The notes under the pieces: model-generated
Database searches by the model: none
What the model saw: the letters and a program-made list of their open reading frames with translations, nothing else
Told to the model about the DNA's origin: nothing
Assembly (NCBI GenBank): GCA_013115145.1
Contig: JAAPAO010000161.1
Location: 1-59,678 of the forward strand
Direction of reading: 5' to 3'
Source: Perkinsus chesapeaki ATCC PRA-425
Lineage: Eukaryota > Protista > Perkinsozoa
Length of the DNA stretch: 59,678 nucleotides
Position numbers and translations under genes: made by a program
Part shown: positions 11,551-24,939 of the stretch, piece after piece
Position numbering within the stretch: position 1 is the stretch's first letter
Layout of the letters: every line of letters begins with the position of its first letter

Positions 11551-14500
11551 TTACTCATGCAGGAAACTAGCAATAGACCACTTCATCATCAACCCTGCCT
11601 CGCCTGTCGCTGCCTCCACCGTATACTGTACCTCCCGATATGTTGGGGGATCCCAAGGCAGCTTACTATGTCGGCCCCTCGCAACCTGAAGCACCAACAA
11701 TTATTAGGAGCTCAGTGGAGGAGTCCATCAACTTAGCAGGGGGATTCCCAGTACTTCCCCGAACTTGAAAATTTTGCGAATATATTTCATTTCAAATAAA
11801 GTTCATCCACCCAAAAACCTTTCCCTTACATAAACCAACTTGGCCCCACTGGGAATGGCAAGACAGAGAGAACGCAAGCACTGCACAACCTAGCAACCAT
11901 AAACTGCAAATCATCTCGTATTAAAATTGAAAAATCCATCCTAAAGTTCACGGACGGGGAGTTGATGCGTCTGGCAACTGACGAGAATGGTTTATGAATC
12001 GAAGGCCTCCTTACGTGGGCATGTATTTCAGTACAAAGCTTCCAATGGTCCAAGTTATTATTGTAATCATCACCATCGAGAAGCTCTACTAAATGCCGCC
12101 AATAAACTGCTCGTGATGGTAATCCTGTTGTTGGACATATAACGTTCATTTTGAACACCTGTTACCAATAATAGCCACATTTCTAATGTAACCAAGACTG
12201 AGACTTCCAACCTAGGCCAATCTCAGCATTATCGAATGGATTACCAATCAGTATCGAAGCAAGTCGAACTATAAGGGACATAGCAGTAGACAGTTTCTAC
12301 TGCTATGTCTCTTATAGTTCGATATTAGTTTCTACCAGAAGCGTAGGGCTGCTGTATTGCCATCGACCAACCTATTACATTATCCGGATTGATCAGCCCA
12401 AACTCCTTCAACTTCTCCCTTTCCAACCTCCCCGTTAGATATCCAGCGAACACCTTAGCTTGTATCTCCATCAACGGGAATGGTATCTATCAACCGCTTA
12501 GCCTTGTACCGCTTCTAATAATATTATTAATAGTAGCATACCGCTCCCCTTTATATAAGGGAACCGTACGCCTTGGTAGGTCCAGAATACCAGCAATCAC
12601 ATATTATTTCCGTACATTTATAAACGATACATTGTACAAAGCTTCGAAGCGTGTGAAACTTTAACCCTTACAATATCTCAAATCCATTACGCCGAAAAAG
12701 CACATCAACAAGTTCATCCTACCATCAACGGAAGGAATGTGTTCCTAACGAGAATGACCGCGATTTCCTCAATAACTCATTTCCTGCCAAGATTCCCTCT
12801 ACAAAGCCCAGTGGGGTTACCCCACACCACAACCAGCCCAATTAGTACCACTCCGCTCGGCAAGCCAATAAACGCCAAAGTCGGATCCTCCGGCCACATG
12901 ATGAGCTCCAATAAATGCTCATCGACTTTTACAGTATCATCCAGGAATGGAAAGTCATAACGGTACCCCGTGCACAGAATGACGGTATCAAATGCTTCCA
13001 GCTCAGAGCGGTCTAGGTGATTCACTAGTGTACCTGCGCACGGCAAGTTCAAATTGAATAGTATGGGGGTGCAGTGACAGGTGACCAGTGATGACCTTCC
13101 TGGCATTGCCCTCAAATTGGGCTTGGGACAATCTCTCTCCTGTGAGCTAAGAGCTGACGGGCAACGCCGCCGCGTCCCAACTCCCACCACTGTTGAGGAA
13201 CAGAGCACAGATGTACTTTGAATCGAACAAATAAAACGGAAAAAAACAATTCAAATGGCAGAAAAAGTGCAAACTTCTTTGCGAATGGAAGGCCGTACGT
13301 GAAGCTCCTAGCAAGGGCCAATCTTCCATCGTTTCAGAAAGGTCCGGTAACTCGTGAGGCGCAGCAGTCACGCGAAACTCTTCAAATCCCCCCCCCTTAA
13401 TGGCCTCCATTCATCAGAACCAGAACGCAATAGAACATAACGTAGCTTTGCTCAGCTTAAAATTAGCATTCTAACTTCTTACACTTTATTAACTATTAAT
13501 CAGAGTAACTAAGACCTTAACACTATTGCACTATCAGATATTACGAAGCTCATATCACTAGCCCTATGTTTTCTCTATGCACACCCACTCTCCAGAACGA
13601 CGACTTCAACAATCAAACCACTTAATAGCAATCCTTCCCCTCTCATCACTACCTTTCTCGCTAACAATACTCTCCCCCTCATACCTCCGTCCAACCACCG
13701 TCACAGATTGCGCTACAAGACCTGCCGCGAATCTTAGCTCGAAGCCAACTCGATCTTCGCGAAGTTGAAACCGAACGCAAGCTACCTATCTTACCAACTT
13801 CATAAGCGATATCTGCCGCGCTCGGACCCGTTCCAATAACACAGACTTTTTGCCCAGTAAATGCCTTCGGTCCATCGTACTCCTTAGAATGTACCTACAG
13901 CTAGAGGTGTCAGAAAAAAAGTAAATACGTTAATACCATATTCGGCAGGTCCTCAAATTCCTTCGGTACATAAGGGACATCAAAGTGACCATTACAAATA
14001 CAAACTGCCGAGAACTCCTCCGACTTCTTCTCGACCTCCCCATCATCCGAGACCTCTTTCCAATGAACTCGCCAAGAACCATCACCTGCCATCACACTTC
14101 ATGTCCCTTAATAGATATAACCCTCTTAGAGTGCACACATCCGGAAATCGTTTCCCATTCGTGAAATTGAAACTTATGGTAAACTTTCTTATATGGGACA
14201 TGAATAGAAATGGGCCTGTATATAACAACGATATGATCGGTCGCATACAGTGCGCTTGCTTTTATTGAAAAAGTCGACTTGGATTGAATCCTTCGGGCTG
14301 AAACTATCAACTGTGAGGGCTATGAGACACGGGGAATCTACTAGTACGACTTTCATGCCAAAACTCCCATCTGTTTCATCTTAAGAGTGAACCCGATTTA
14401 CCATTCGTTGGTGTATACTTTATATTAACATTATTATCACGCACCTACAGCCCAAATTCCATCCGATGCCGCCGCCCTCCCACGAATCCTCAAGCTGGAA

Positions 14501-15400
14501 GCACGCAAGGAGAAACCGGGCCTTCCTAATACTAGTGATCATCGAAAGATATGAAGGATTCTTCCCGCAATTTCCCAGCTCAATAAAACGGTTTCAAAGA
14601 TACCATGGTCAACCTAAGATACTAGGTTTCCCATGTTCTCCAACAGTACCCCGCCTCTCACCTATATGGTCCACTTTAACGACTTCAGCCTTGAACCTTA
14701 TCAACTGCTTTATATCATCACTGAATTCTTCCAGATACCTTCCGATGGTCCAATCCATACCGGCACTGCCCATCCTGGCTCACCGCTGGACATCCTGTCG
14801 AGGCATGAATGAAGGCAAATGTGACGGGAATGCGACGTCACGAAATTGCATCACCTCCTTAGGCAGATTCGTCCTCAGTGTTGAGTACATCGCACCTGAG
14901 TACCACAAGAACCATAAGCAAACTCCTAACGTATTCCTACGCAGTAATTCCCTATTCCTTTATGAAACATCTGAAACATTCTCCTACAGTTGTTGCCCCC
15001 TTCTACTAACACGAAGTAACGAGCTCGACAGGTTGCCCGACTAATCGAGATGGCCGACAGATAATGCCTAAGACGATTCCCGCCCGCGCCCCTATACCTA
15101 CTTCATCCTTTACACAGGTAACTGTCGCGCGCCACTCAACGTGCCCTTATAAGTTACTATTACTAATTTCCCATCCTACCTTTGCCGGCGTCCCCCCTAT
15201 AGTCCCATGCTCCACCGACATTATCACTCTTTTCCAATACCAACACTCGCCTGCTCAAACACTCAGTTCCACCGATTACATCCACTGCCCTACTCAGCAG
15301 CACATTCCCTTATCGTTTTGGCTGCTACCAGTCCTCCAGCTCCGGCCCCTATGATACATACTGATCGAGAGGAATGTGGGGAAGGGGTTATCCAACACAT
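11551..15400 (-). CDS. Flavin-containing monooxygenase (FMO family), multi-exon
   Basis: VCIIGAGAGGLVAAK (FAD motif), VLEKSDNVGGAW, MYSTLRTNLPKEVMQF, FSAVCICNGHFDVP, HSKEYDGPKAFTGQKVCVIGTGPSAADIA (NADPH motif), DTVILCTGYRYDFPFL, PTLAFIGLP. Confidence 0.95.
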
Positions 15401-15651
15401 TCAAATGGTAAAAACAGCACCGATGAGATTCCAAAGTGATCAACGCAAAACTGAAGAGTTCACAGCAAAGAGGATATCATGTTACTGCCAATAGAATCGG
15501 CCCCTAAAAAGTATCTTTATCTGGAGTAAAGTGCATGGTCAAGCTCCCACCTAAAACACATAGCAGTCCTAGCTCTCATCGTAGCAATCGTAGCGCTATC
15601 TGGCTGTGTATTGTCCATGAACCTAGAAGGATAAATCCGTCACTGCGCCGC

Positions 15652-17320
15652 GAAATTAACCGCTTCTACCAGGGATATGTTGTGGTCGGACTCGTCCCAA
15701 CTGTGAGTGTCCCGGGCGACGTGTTGATGAAAAGATACTCATAAATTCTGGAATCGCTCAGATAGAAGAATTGCTGTCCATCTATCAAATCAAGCTCATA
15801 CATCAAATGCACGCTTCAACCTAAGATACTACCCTCGGCTGGTACTTGCGCTGTTGGCGGTGCAGTCCATGGCGATGCCGGATTCGGGGCACTGCGCCAC
15901 AAAGTTCAATTCCCACCAGCCTATCATCGCCTACCTGCACTGCTCGCACAATGCACTCGGTGATGAGGATGTTGGACAATAGGTACCCAACTTAGACGGG
16001 GACGCTGAGGAAAATAAAATATTAACATATATGTCAACGAGAATTCGACCGAGGTAAAATTTGTACCAGTAATAAGCGAACCAGGTGTGATCGGAATTCG
16101 CCTGGTAGTCGTAGGAAAACATTAGATGCTCCCAGAAGCGACGCATTTGATGCGCATCGGAACGCATCGGAATTCCCACAGTATCTCCTCCGCACCAGAA
16201 AGATTCTTCTGCGAAGCTGGATGGCTCCCAACTAATAGGGTTCGATAATAATAACATGCTCAGGGCTAGTACGAAATGTTACGTCTCAACCAACACGCCC
16301 GTTGAATACCCACTCAGCGCTGCAAGCCGATATAAAATAGTTACCGAAAACCCGCTTAGTAACGTCAACACTACCATTCGAGAGTCCCGATGATGAACAA
16401 CAGGCTCCCATTATTCGCCATAATTAGGATATGTCATTTTTCAAGGCGTGCAAGGGTTACAAGCGCCGCTCACTCACGGCCTTACCAAACGGCGCTGAGT
16501 TGAACGCCTGTAGTATCGGATCGCAATCCTCAAAGCATCGTACTCTATTGGATATACAACTAGCACACTCAGTGGCCAGAGCGGCAGGGCTGCTAGGGGA
16601 TACACCTGATGTGTCGGATTGGGGCAGCATTCGACAGGCCGACTCCCTACATTCGGGACAAGACGGCAGATAAGCTGTTGGTACTGCAGGAGAAAATCCA
16701 CACAGTGGCGCTGCTGGTATCTATGCTTGAAGCGTGCACTCTGCACAGAATAAGATACCAATACCTTGTCCGCTACCGGCGAGGATGGTCCCGTTGGCAT
16801 CCTAGGTGATGCATGACAAGTATGTATATCAATCCTAACCGGATCCGCGACTCCAGGTTGAACCTGTCCATATCCCTTAAACCACACTAGCAGTCTCATC
16901 CCACTATAAAGCAGCGTGGGCACTGTATTCGGCCACCCGCACACTTGTTCGAATTAGGTATCGGTATCGGGCTCGAACTGCTATCATGAGACCCCTCGGA
17001 CATGTCCAATGTGAAGGTCGGCGTTGCTGTCAAAGATGCCTTTGCTTCTTTAACTCTCTTGGCAGCTACCTGCTGTTGAGATTTGTCCGCAGCCGTAAGT
17101 ATTCTGTGTGTCCGTGAACGAGCTTGTATCAATCGAAGTAGCTGCAACGACAGCCACTCAATTTCGCACTATAAAGATTCCTTACTAGTCGATGTGAAGA
17201 TCCTCTGTGCCAGGCTCCCCCCTAGCCCAGCCAGCACTAATGCTATCCGTTGTAGCCTCGCAATGTTGCTTATGATAAGGTAAATCTCGCCCTACCCCAC
17301 AGGCGGCCACCATGCCGTTG
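15652..17320 (-). CDS. Multi-exon Cys/aromatic-rich hypothetical protein (ends approximate)
   Basis: Exon frames CAGGRIQCPRCFIVG, HASPRMPTGPSSP, FWCGGDTVGIPMRSDAHQMRRFWEHLMFSYDYQ and WELNFVAQCPNP with GT-AG flanks; family not recognised. Confidence 0.55.
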
Positions 17321-17510
17321 AAGGTAGTTGATGTAAATCTCGCTCGCCCAGCTGATCGATTGGTGACGTAGCTTTGATCACAGTTGGCAGGAAGTCCAGA
17401 CGACAGGTAGTAAGGGTGGTGATGGAGAGGCTACCGCTTAATTACGTTACTAGTCCCCCGTATAGTCCTTGGTGATGTGGTAATTATTGCTCGTGTTTTA
17501 GTAACCAACC

Positions 17511-18227
17511 ATGGCGGTCAAGTACAACAACGTTATCCCTAACATTCACTTCCGCAAGTACTGGCAGAAGCACATCAAGACCTGGTTCGACCAGCCTGCC
17601 CGGAAGCATCGTCGCCGCCTTGCTCGTCAGTCCAAGGCCGCTGCTACCTTCCCCAGGCCCACCGCTGGTCTCTTGAGGCCTGTTGTTCGCCCTCCTACTC
17701 AGAGGTACAACTACAAGCTTCGTCTTGGCCGTGGCTTCACCGTTGAGGAGCTTGCTGCTGCCGGTATCTCCGTCAAGCTCGCCCCTACTATCGGCATCAA
17801 GGTAATAGGGCTAACATAACAAACACTCAATTTAATATTAATCAGGTCGATAAGCGCCGTCACAACAAGTCTGAGGAGTCCCTTGCCATGAACGTCGATC
17901 GCTTGACCCAATACAAGGCCAAGCTCGCCGTCTTCCCCAGAGGCTCCAAGGCCAAGAAGGGTGACACTGCCCGCTCTGAGTTGGTCAATGCCACCCAGAA
18001 CACTTGCAAGGTAAATTAATGTAAAGTAACCTCAGACGTATCTATTGGTTCTCACTCAGACCATCATCCCTGTCCCCACTTCTCGTATTGTTGAGCACGC
18101 TCGTGCCATCACCAAGGAGGAGCGTGAGAGCTCTGCTTACACTACCCTTCGTCAGACTCGCGTCTTCAAGAAGATGGCTCCTAAGCGCGCTAAGGCTGCC
18201 GAGTTGAAGGCCAAGGAGGAGAAGTAA
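17511..18227 (+). CDS. RPL13: 60S ribosomal protein L13 (eL13); introns 17802-17845 and 18011-18059
   Basis: [32 protein letters not shown]...[17 protein letters not shown]...|[20 protein letters not shown]...|TIIPVP...; both introns are GT-AG and restore frame. Confidence 0.98.
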
Positions 18228-18488
18228 AGTGCAGATGATGATTTCGGAAAGGCTTCTTTGGGTGTGAATGCCACCGGTTCGTTGTTCGATCTGTGCGCTT
18301 CTGGTTCCGCCGATATCCCGAGCCTTGAGTTCATTAATTAATCCCTCTCGAGCAGTTCGAAAAGGATCTGGCAATTTACTCAATTTTACTTACTATTTGG
18401 TACTTAGTTTACTTTTAAGGATATTTTCAGCAGGCGTTTTGCTTTATTTTTGTTAACTAACGCAACACAACAATTAATAAACGTGAAT

Positions 18489-19388
18489 TTACTCTTCAGT
18501 AAAATCGATAGATGGTCTTATCTTCTCCACTTTCCTCTCAATGTCCTCAGGCATTTCCATATCACCATAAAGGCAAGCCATTAAAGTGCCGAACAGCAAA
18601 GAGTCGACCTTAGGGTGCCCCTCGAGAGGCTCCAATCCACCATAGGCAACCACCAGCGTCAAAACTCTCCGTACTTCATCCCACAATGCCGCCGGTTCCA
18701 GAACGACATTGTGAGTAACTGCAATGGTGGTGTTCATATTGCGGACTTCATGCAAGCAGCCTCTTGGAATAAACAGGAGATCGCCTGGGTTCATAACAAA
18801 GTGGTAGAGATGACGATAGCTCTTCAGTTCCTCAGTACACTCGAACAGCGGTGGTAGCTGGTCGATATTAGCCGGGGTGCCGCTGGCCATACGCCATTCT
18901 TTCCGACCATGTGTCATCCACATCCACGCCGCTGATGCCAGAGGGTCGATGTGGCACGCTGAACCGGTGCCTTTGGTGCCAATAAACACCCAACGCATCA
19001 CTTCAGAGACCTTCCTGGCGAGCATCGACTTATTATTCAGAAGCATACAGTCCTTTTCAATATCCAACTCGATGGGAGCCTGACAGCCCTGGGCAACATA
19101 CTCCCAACCTTTGATGTGAACTGACCTCCCTTCTTCGATATTCTTCAATGCTTCTTTAACCGACATGAAAGCATCTTTACCGTCGACCTTCGTACCGGCC
19201 ACAGCGTCACTGGCTACTTCCATAACGCCTCTTATAGACGCCCAAGGAGAATTCCCGTCCACAGACCTCCACTGTCGGATGATAAAAGGCTCCTTAGCTG
19301 TACGCATCTCAGCCGGATCGGAGCGCACGGGGATTGCCTCCCACTTCAGTTGGCAGCTGCCTGGACGGCAACCGTTAGGGCAAGACAT
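18489..19388 (-). CDS. JmjC-domain 2-oxoglutarate/Fe(II) oxygenase (JMJD4/JMJD6-like), single exon
   Basis: RWVFIGTKGTGSACHIDPLASAAWMWMTHGRKEW and MNPGDLLFIPRGCLHEVRN, containing the HxD...H metal triad. Confidence 0.92.
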   Translation of the reverse strand: MSCPNGCRPGSCQLKWEAIPVRSDPAEMRTAKEPFIIRQWRSVDGNSPWASIRGVMEVASDAVAGTKVDGKDAFMSVKEALKNIEEGRSVHIKGWEYVAQGCQAPIELDIEKDCMLLNNKSMLARKVSEVMRWVFIGTKGTGSACHIDPLASAAWMWMTHGRKEWRMASGTPANIDQLPPLFECTEELKSYRHLYHFVMNPGDLLFIPRGCLHEVRNMNTTIAVTHNVVLEPAALWDEVRRVLTLVVAYGGLEPLEGHPKVDSLLFGTLMACLYGDMEMPEDIERKVEKIRPSIDFTEE

Positions 19389-19452
19389 TGTGAGCAACTT
19401 GACAGGAATGATGATAAGTTGGCGAGAACACAAGGAGAAGTATGTAAGGAGA

Positions 19453-22126
19453 TCACTGAAAAATAAGATTCAAGGCCTCTTCAACGGTCGGAACTTTTGG
19501 ACGGTAATGTGCGAACACCTGAGGGGCAGCAGTGCGCTGCTGCTTCAACTCGACGGTGGCGGGCGGCTCACCTTGTCTATGTCGCTCTGAGAGATACCCA
19601 TGTCACGCAGTTGCGCCAATCGCTCTTTCGCATCGTTATCCGATGACTCTGCTGCCACCTGGGCCGAGGGACTGAAAAGATTCCTCCGAGGTTGAAAGAA
19701 TGACCTCTAGGTCTTACTCGTCTTCAATGCCGCGAGGAGTATCTGATCCCTCATCGTTCTCACTGGGGTCATCTGTGTAGTAATAACCACACAAAGGATC
19801 GCAGTCTTGAAGGCCGCGGAGGCCTCGGCTCATAAACGCCTGTAGGAAACCATAACGAGGTGGACCGGCCGTATTACGAAGGTAAGATGGAACAAGCAAA
19901 GACTGATATTAATCCGCACTATAAAGCACGCTGAGCGACGCCTCAACACTGTAGTGCTGGAATAACTAAATGCAAGTGGTCCTATGCAGCAGGAGACAGG
20001 GAAGAAATGAAACCTGTCGGGTGTACGAACGAAGCTACTATGAAGATGTACTGCTTGGATGGGCCATAAAAGTTACTGCTTTGAGCGCCGTAGCAGTAGT
20101 ACTGTGGCTCGGTGCCTATCGAACATGCACACCTTACCTTCAATGCCTCAGTTTTCAATCTTCCCGCGGCGAAGTCAAACTCCTTCTGGGGAGCATCCAG
20201 TAGAGGATCAAGCGGATCGAACACCTATCATACCGGTGATGATGCAAAGTCGGACACCCATATCCTTACTTCGACCAATTTAGTGTACACAAATACCCGA
20301 AGATGTAAGCGGTGTGCCGCGTCCGGAACCTAACCAGCAAATGTGATGCCAACACCTGCCAACGAAACCACTGGCATCGATACGCGTAGCTAGAAGCCAT
20401 ATGCCTTCAGGAGCCGCAAGAAGCAAACTCTTATTGATAACATTAGCAGTGCATTCGCCTTGGAATGTACTTTCGTAAATCACGAATGTACGCATGTACT
20501 CGGCATGTATTACGGATCGTAATCTCAGCACCATAGCAACACATTCCTTAGAGGAGTAGGTATGCTCATACCTGTCTCTTATCGGGCCATGTATCATCTT
20601 CCTCTATTTGCCTATGCCTACCACACTTCCTACATACAGTATGCTGCTTGTAATTAATATATCCACAATCTGATCCCCAGCACTCCCATTGCCCGGGCTT
20701 CAGTCTGATAAAGGCACACAGCTGCGAATACTGGCTCCAATAACTACCAGAGGCCCACGGAATGACGGCAGATGTACTAGACCATCTGGGGCAAAGTGCA
20801 ATGTATTAGTAGTACTAACACTAGGAAAATTAAACAATCAATCAACAGCGCCTATCACGTGTGTCATCACCCACAGAAAACGGCCATCATAGAACCGGTC
20901 AAATATAAATATTCAATATATATTATATTATTTTGCTGCTGCGCGCCTGACAGCCGTTTCGGATACTGTGCCAGGGCGACTGACCTTGGATATATGAGAC
21001 CTGTGACAGTCATATGCTTAATAGTTGACTCACAAAATTTCAGCTCCTAACTCGTCGTATTTCGTTAGTTATTGCGAATAAACCGATTGTTCTATTATTT
21101 TGCAGGGGGGTTTATATACCTATCTTGAATAGCTTAAAGACGTCCGAAACACTGGAATGTAGGGATGTAATCAAATACACCAGCCAATCCAGTTGAACTC
21201 CTGTCTACGGAGGCATCAAGCCTCTGAGCCCTCAGAGGTCCCTTCATTTAAAGCTGAGAAGTCGCCCCAGTGCGAAGATACGATGAAAAGATTGTTAATA
21301 ATAACAAATGATCTCCTCGTAAAACGTACCCCTATCAAATACGGTATGGTTCCCTCTACCTACCTGGGCCTCCGTCCATTTTTAATCCTATTATTTATAG
21401 TTGATCCACAACCGGTACACTCGACCGACATAACTGCCTTATTGCAGCTTTCGCACCACCAACCCTTATCTGGACTTTCGCTGACCATCAGGCTGCCAAC
21501 TGAAAAGCGTATCTTAGTTCAAATTGGGCACTCCCCAACCTACCTCCAGTATCATTGTCCACCATACTCACCGGTTTGGAGTTTATCAACGCTTCAATAT
21601 CCTTCGAATCTTGAGCTCGAACCGTGCATTCCACAGCCCACAAAGATACTTACTTTTCTCACATCTGACCGCAGCCTGCTCCTTTCCGCATCCAGTGCAT
21701 ATAACAGCGCTCGCTGGGTTCCGAACGGCGCAGTTGTCGCATTTCCAGAATCTTCCACGAATAGGCACAGCACTCGGTTCCGCCACCCCGGCGGAGATTC
21801 CACCGCCCTTCGATTGAGCCAGCAGCTCCGCTTCCTTCTCAGCCCGCTGCGACGCCGTTACACCAGAGACAATTGTGCCTTATTAAAACACGATCAGAGG
21901 AAAGTTTGGTATGACCACCCATTTGGCTACCCATGTTAACCGTGAGCGAGGTGGCCTTCTTCGGCCAGTTGCCTCTCTGGTACTCCGCCAGAAGTTGGTT
22001 CAAAAAAGGGAACACGAACTTGGGATTTTGTGAGAGAGTGTCGATGTCGTCAACGTTGTCACCGACGCCGTCCGACTCTTGATTAGCCCGCTTCTCACTC
22101 ACCATCTCCATTAAACGTTTCTCCAC
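19453..22126 (-). CDS. Multi-exon protein with RanBP2-type zinc fingers and a C-terminal UBA-like domain (may be more than one gene)
   Basis: FWKCDNCAVRNPASAVICTGCG, WWCESCNKAVMSVECTGCG and QWECWGSDCGYINYKQHTVCRKCG; C-terminal KERLAQLRDMGISQSDIDK|VFAHYRPKVPTVEEALNLIFQ*. Confidence 0.65.
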
Positions 22127-22324
22127 CCTAAAACCAGTTCTTTGTCAGACTATTGGAGGCTCTACCCCGCTCCCTTCCGATCAAATCCACTATATTGTAG
22201 ATGCAGACATGAAGTCATTACCAAGCTTTCAAGGGGCACTGTGACTCTTAATAGGCGCCCATAACTCAATTAAGGGCGCATTATCATTACCAGTAATGTG
22301 ACCCGGTCACATTACCAAAATCAA

Positions 22325-24910
22325 TCACGTATTTATAGGATGAATTCCAAAAACGAAATTGATCATGCTGCTACGTGAGCAGCTATATGCTAGCAGCACT
22401 AACGTTGTTGCTAACGTTAGCTTTGGTCTAACGTTTATACGGTTAACTACCAACGGCATGATAAACCTAAACCTGTGCGAAATCGACCAAGACGACAGCG
22501 CGTTCACTTCTATTGCCCCCATCCGAGCAAGATATTCCAACTGATATCCCTCTGCACTCACAAGTCACTCAATGACTCTGTGAATTTATCATCTAGCCTT
22601 CCTCTCTCGATCCTCTCCAGTACACTCCTAATGTCAGAGATCTGTTCCTCGTTCAGCACTCCGGCAACCCTCTTTATGATCCCGTCGACAAACGGGGAAG
22701 AGGCCATCGGCTCAAGTGAAATGTGGCCACAAACTGATCAGGTAACCGAGAATTGAATAACACAACCCCCACAAAAAACCGTCATAAGATTCTCCGCCCC
22801 AACTGCGTCCACCACATGCCTCGAATTCTGCCGCTGGCATCAGACGCACACAATCCAACATAACTCATCGTCCTCTCGCCAGCTCGACTGGTAAACGCTA
22901 CATCCTTTCTATCCAAGCACCCAGGTTCTACCCCCGCCCTCGGCATTTCTTCCTTCACCGGCCAACCTTCAGACTCTCTGCATTCCGCCAGGCATCTCCA
23001 ATACTTCTCGTTGTGCTCCTTCACAACCTGCCGATCCTCTTCCCGAACCACCACTACAGTGAAGTCGCCGCCATCTCTGCTACTAGAATTTTTAGTGACC
23101 AGAAAATCGGCCACCCGAGCCGCGCAGGGTTTCGTTCCGAAAACTACAGCATGGTCGTATTTCTCCCTTCGCCCGATCGCTCCAACCAACTCATCCGATC
23201 TCATCAAGGTGACCGCGTCATCTCGAGGCGGACGGAAATTATCCAAGTCACAGATGACTAGGACCCGATCATGCAAACGGGTCAGACAGGAATCTCGAAG
23301 CCACAGTTCAAACTCGTGGCTGAGATCGTCCATATCGGGCTCATCAAGAACGTTAATGAAAAACGAGCACATCTAAAGAAAGCACTGCAACCACACCAGC
23401 ATGGTTTGGAGTACTTCCCTCTCCTTCACTTTCGACGGTGAAATAACAACCGCGGCATCCCTAAACTGCCGAAGGAGCCTCCTTGATGGCAATGCACTTG
23501 ATAAAAGCAATACTGAAGCTCCATCGACAGCCAGCAGCTCTGACAAGAATAATGCGCTTCACTGAATACGTAAAGTGACCTGACTACCCAAAAACCCGAA
23601 CCAGAAAAACCGGTTTTTTTCCGAGGGCGGATAGATTACTAAAAACATACATCACGCTGGTAGACTTCCTTGTATCCAACATATGTTATTCTATATTATC
23701 GAATATTACAAAACTGAAACTAAGCTACTAGCATAACAGTGTTGCCAGGATTGGATGGTATAAACGAATGTATACCACAGATGGTGCCTCCCCATGGTGC
23801 TGCTGATGCTATGGGAACTCAGTGACGCCTCACCTTCCCGATTACTACCATCTAAGCACGCCCCAAGAGCAGCTGCAGCATCGCCGCCAGTGAAGGCTGC
23901 AGGCTCATCAATTATAACCAAGGAGGAAGTAGGATGCGACCCTTCCTCCGACAGCATCTCCTCACAGGTAGTGACCAATATAGGCAGGGAGCTCTGGGTA
24001 ACCGTGATAGACTTCACCTGAATCCCAAGATGTTTGTACTGCTACTTCTACTATGATAGTGATCACTAGTGATAAGCATAATAGCAACCCTTTTATACAC
24101 TTCACTGAACCCCTTCGATTGGTATATATATCATCACCAAATACATCGGCTACGGAAGGCTATGACAGGTGGACCGCCACCCTTTTTATGCACACTGTAG
24201 CAAGAGCAGCAGCAGCATTTGCCCCTGCATCACGATTGCCTATCCAGGGAACTAAGAATGCGCGTACCAGGCGACTTGGATGCCACCGGCATATGTTCTT
24301 GGCCGGGGAGATGAGCCTCATTCACAAGTTCATCAAACCTCACAGAGGTGTGTTCCCAACAAGACGGAGGCACTACAGAAATGACCATATACAAAAATAA
24401 ACATCAAATCCATTAGTCCTGGCAACACTGCTTGCTCCTATAGGAGCTTTACGTCCAACAATTATAACAACTTATGTCGTCCTTTCGGACCGGAGCGTCC
24501 ATATTGAAAGGGCAGTATTTCCCTATTACTTCACTTATAGTTATGCCTTTAACATCCAAAGCCTGCCAGCCCACTCTAGAGCAAGCCGCTACAATGCCAC
24601 TATTGTTATCGAACCATAGAGGTGACGGCACCAACGCTATGGCTGATAGTGGATGCTCGTTACCTGCCTAACAACCAGTCTCCAGAAGGCCTTACTTAAG
24701 CTACGATCAGACGGAAAATTGGTATTAAAAGTTAAAATAAGGAGAGCTCCTCATTACCTGCTTCTGTATAAGACTATTAACCAGCTGGAGTGCTCTATCG
24801 TATCGATCTTTCTCCTCAATACACCGTGGCTGCACTAGCAGTACCGCTGAAGCAAACTCCTCTCTAGTCAGACTCGATGATGATGAGGAGGAGGAGTTGG
24901 AGTAGGACAT
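22325..24910 (-). CDS. Multi-exon hypothetical protein(s) with degenerate Walker-B-like segments; possibly ORC/AAA+-related
   Basis: Exons MSYSNSSSS..., SLVIIDEPAAF, RVLVICDLDNF and ISDIRSVLERIE; no Walker A seen; one versus two genes unresolved. Confidence 0.4.
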
Positions 24911-24939
24911 GATAGAGTATAACCTCCTGCATGAGCCTC

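Noticed and set aside
14466-15044. Long plus-strand ORFs (also 11285-11689, 21193-21939 and 51543-51986)
   Set aside because: They are antisense shadows of minus-strand genes (FMO, zinc-finger/UBA, low-complexity gene) and have no motifs of their own.
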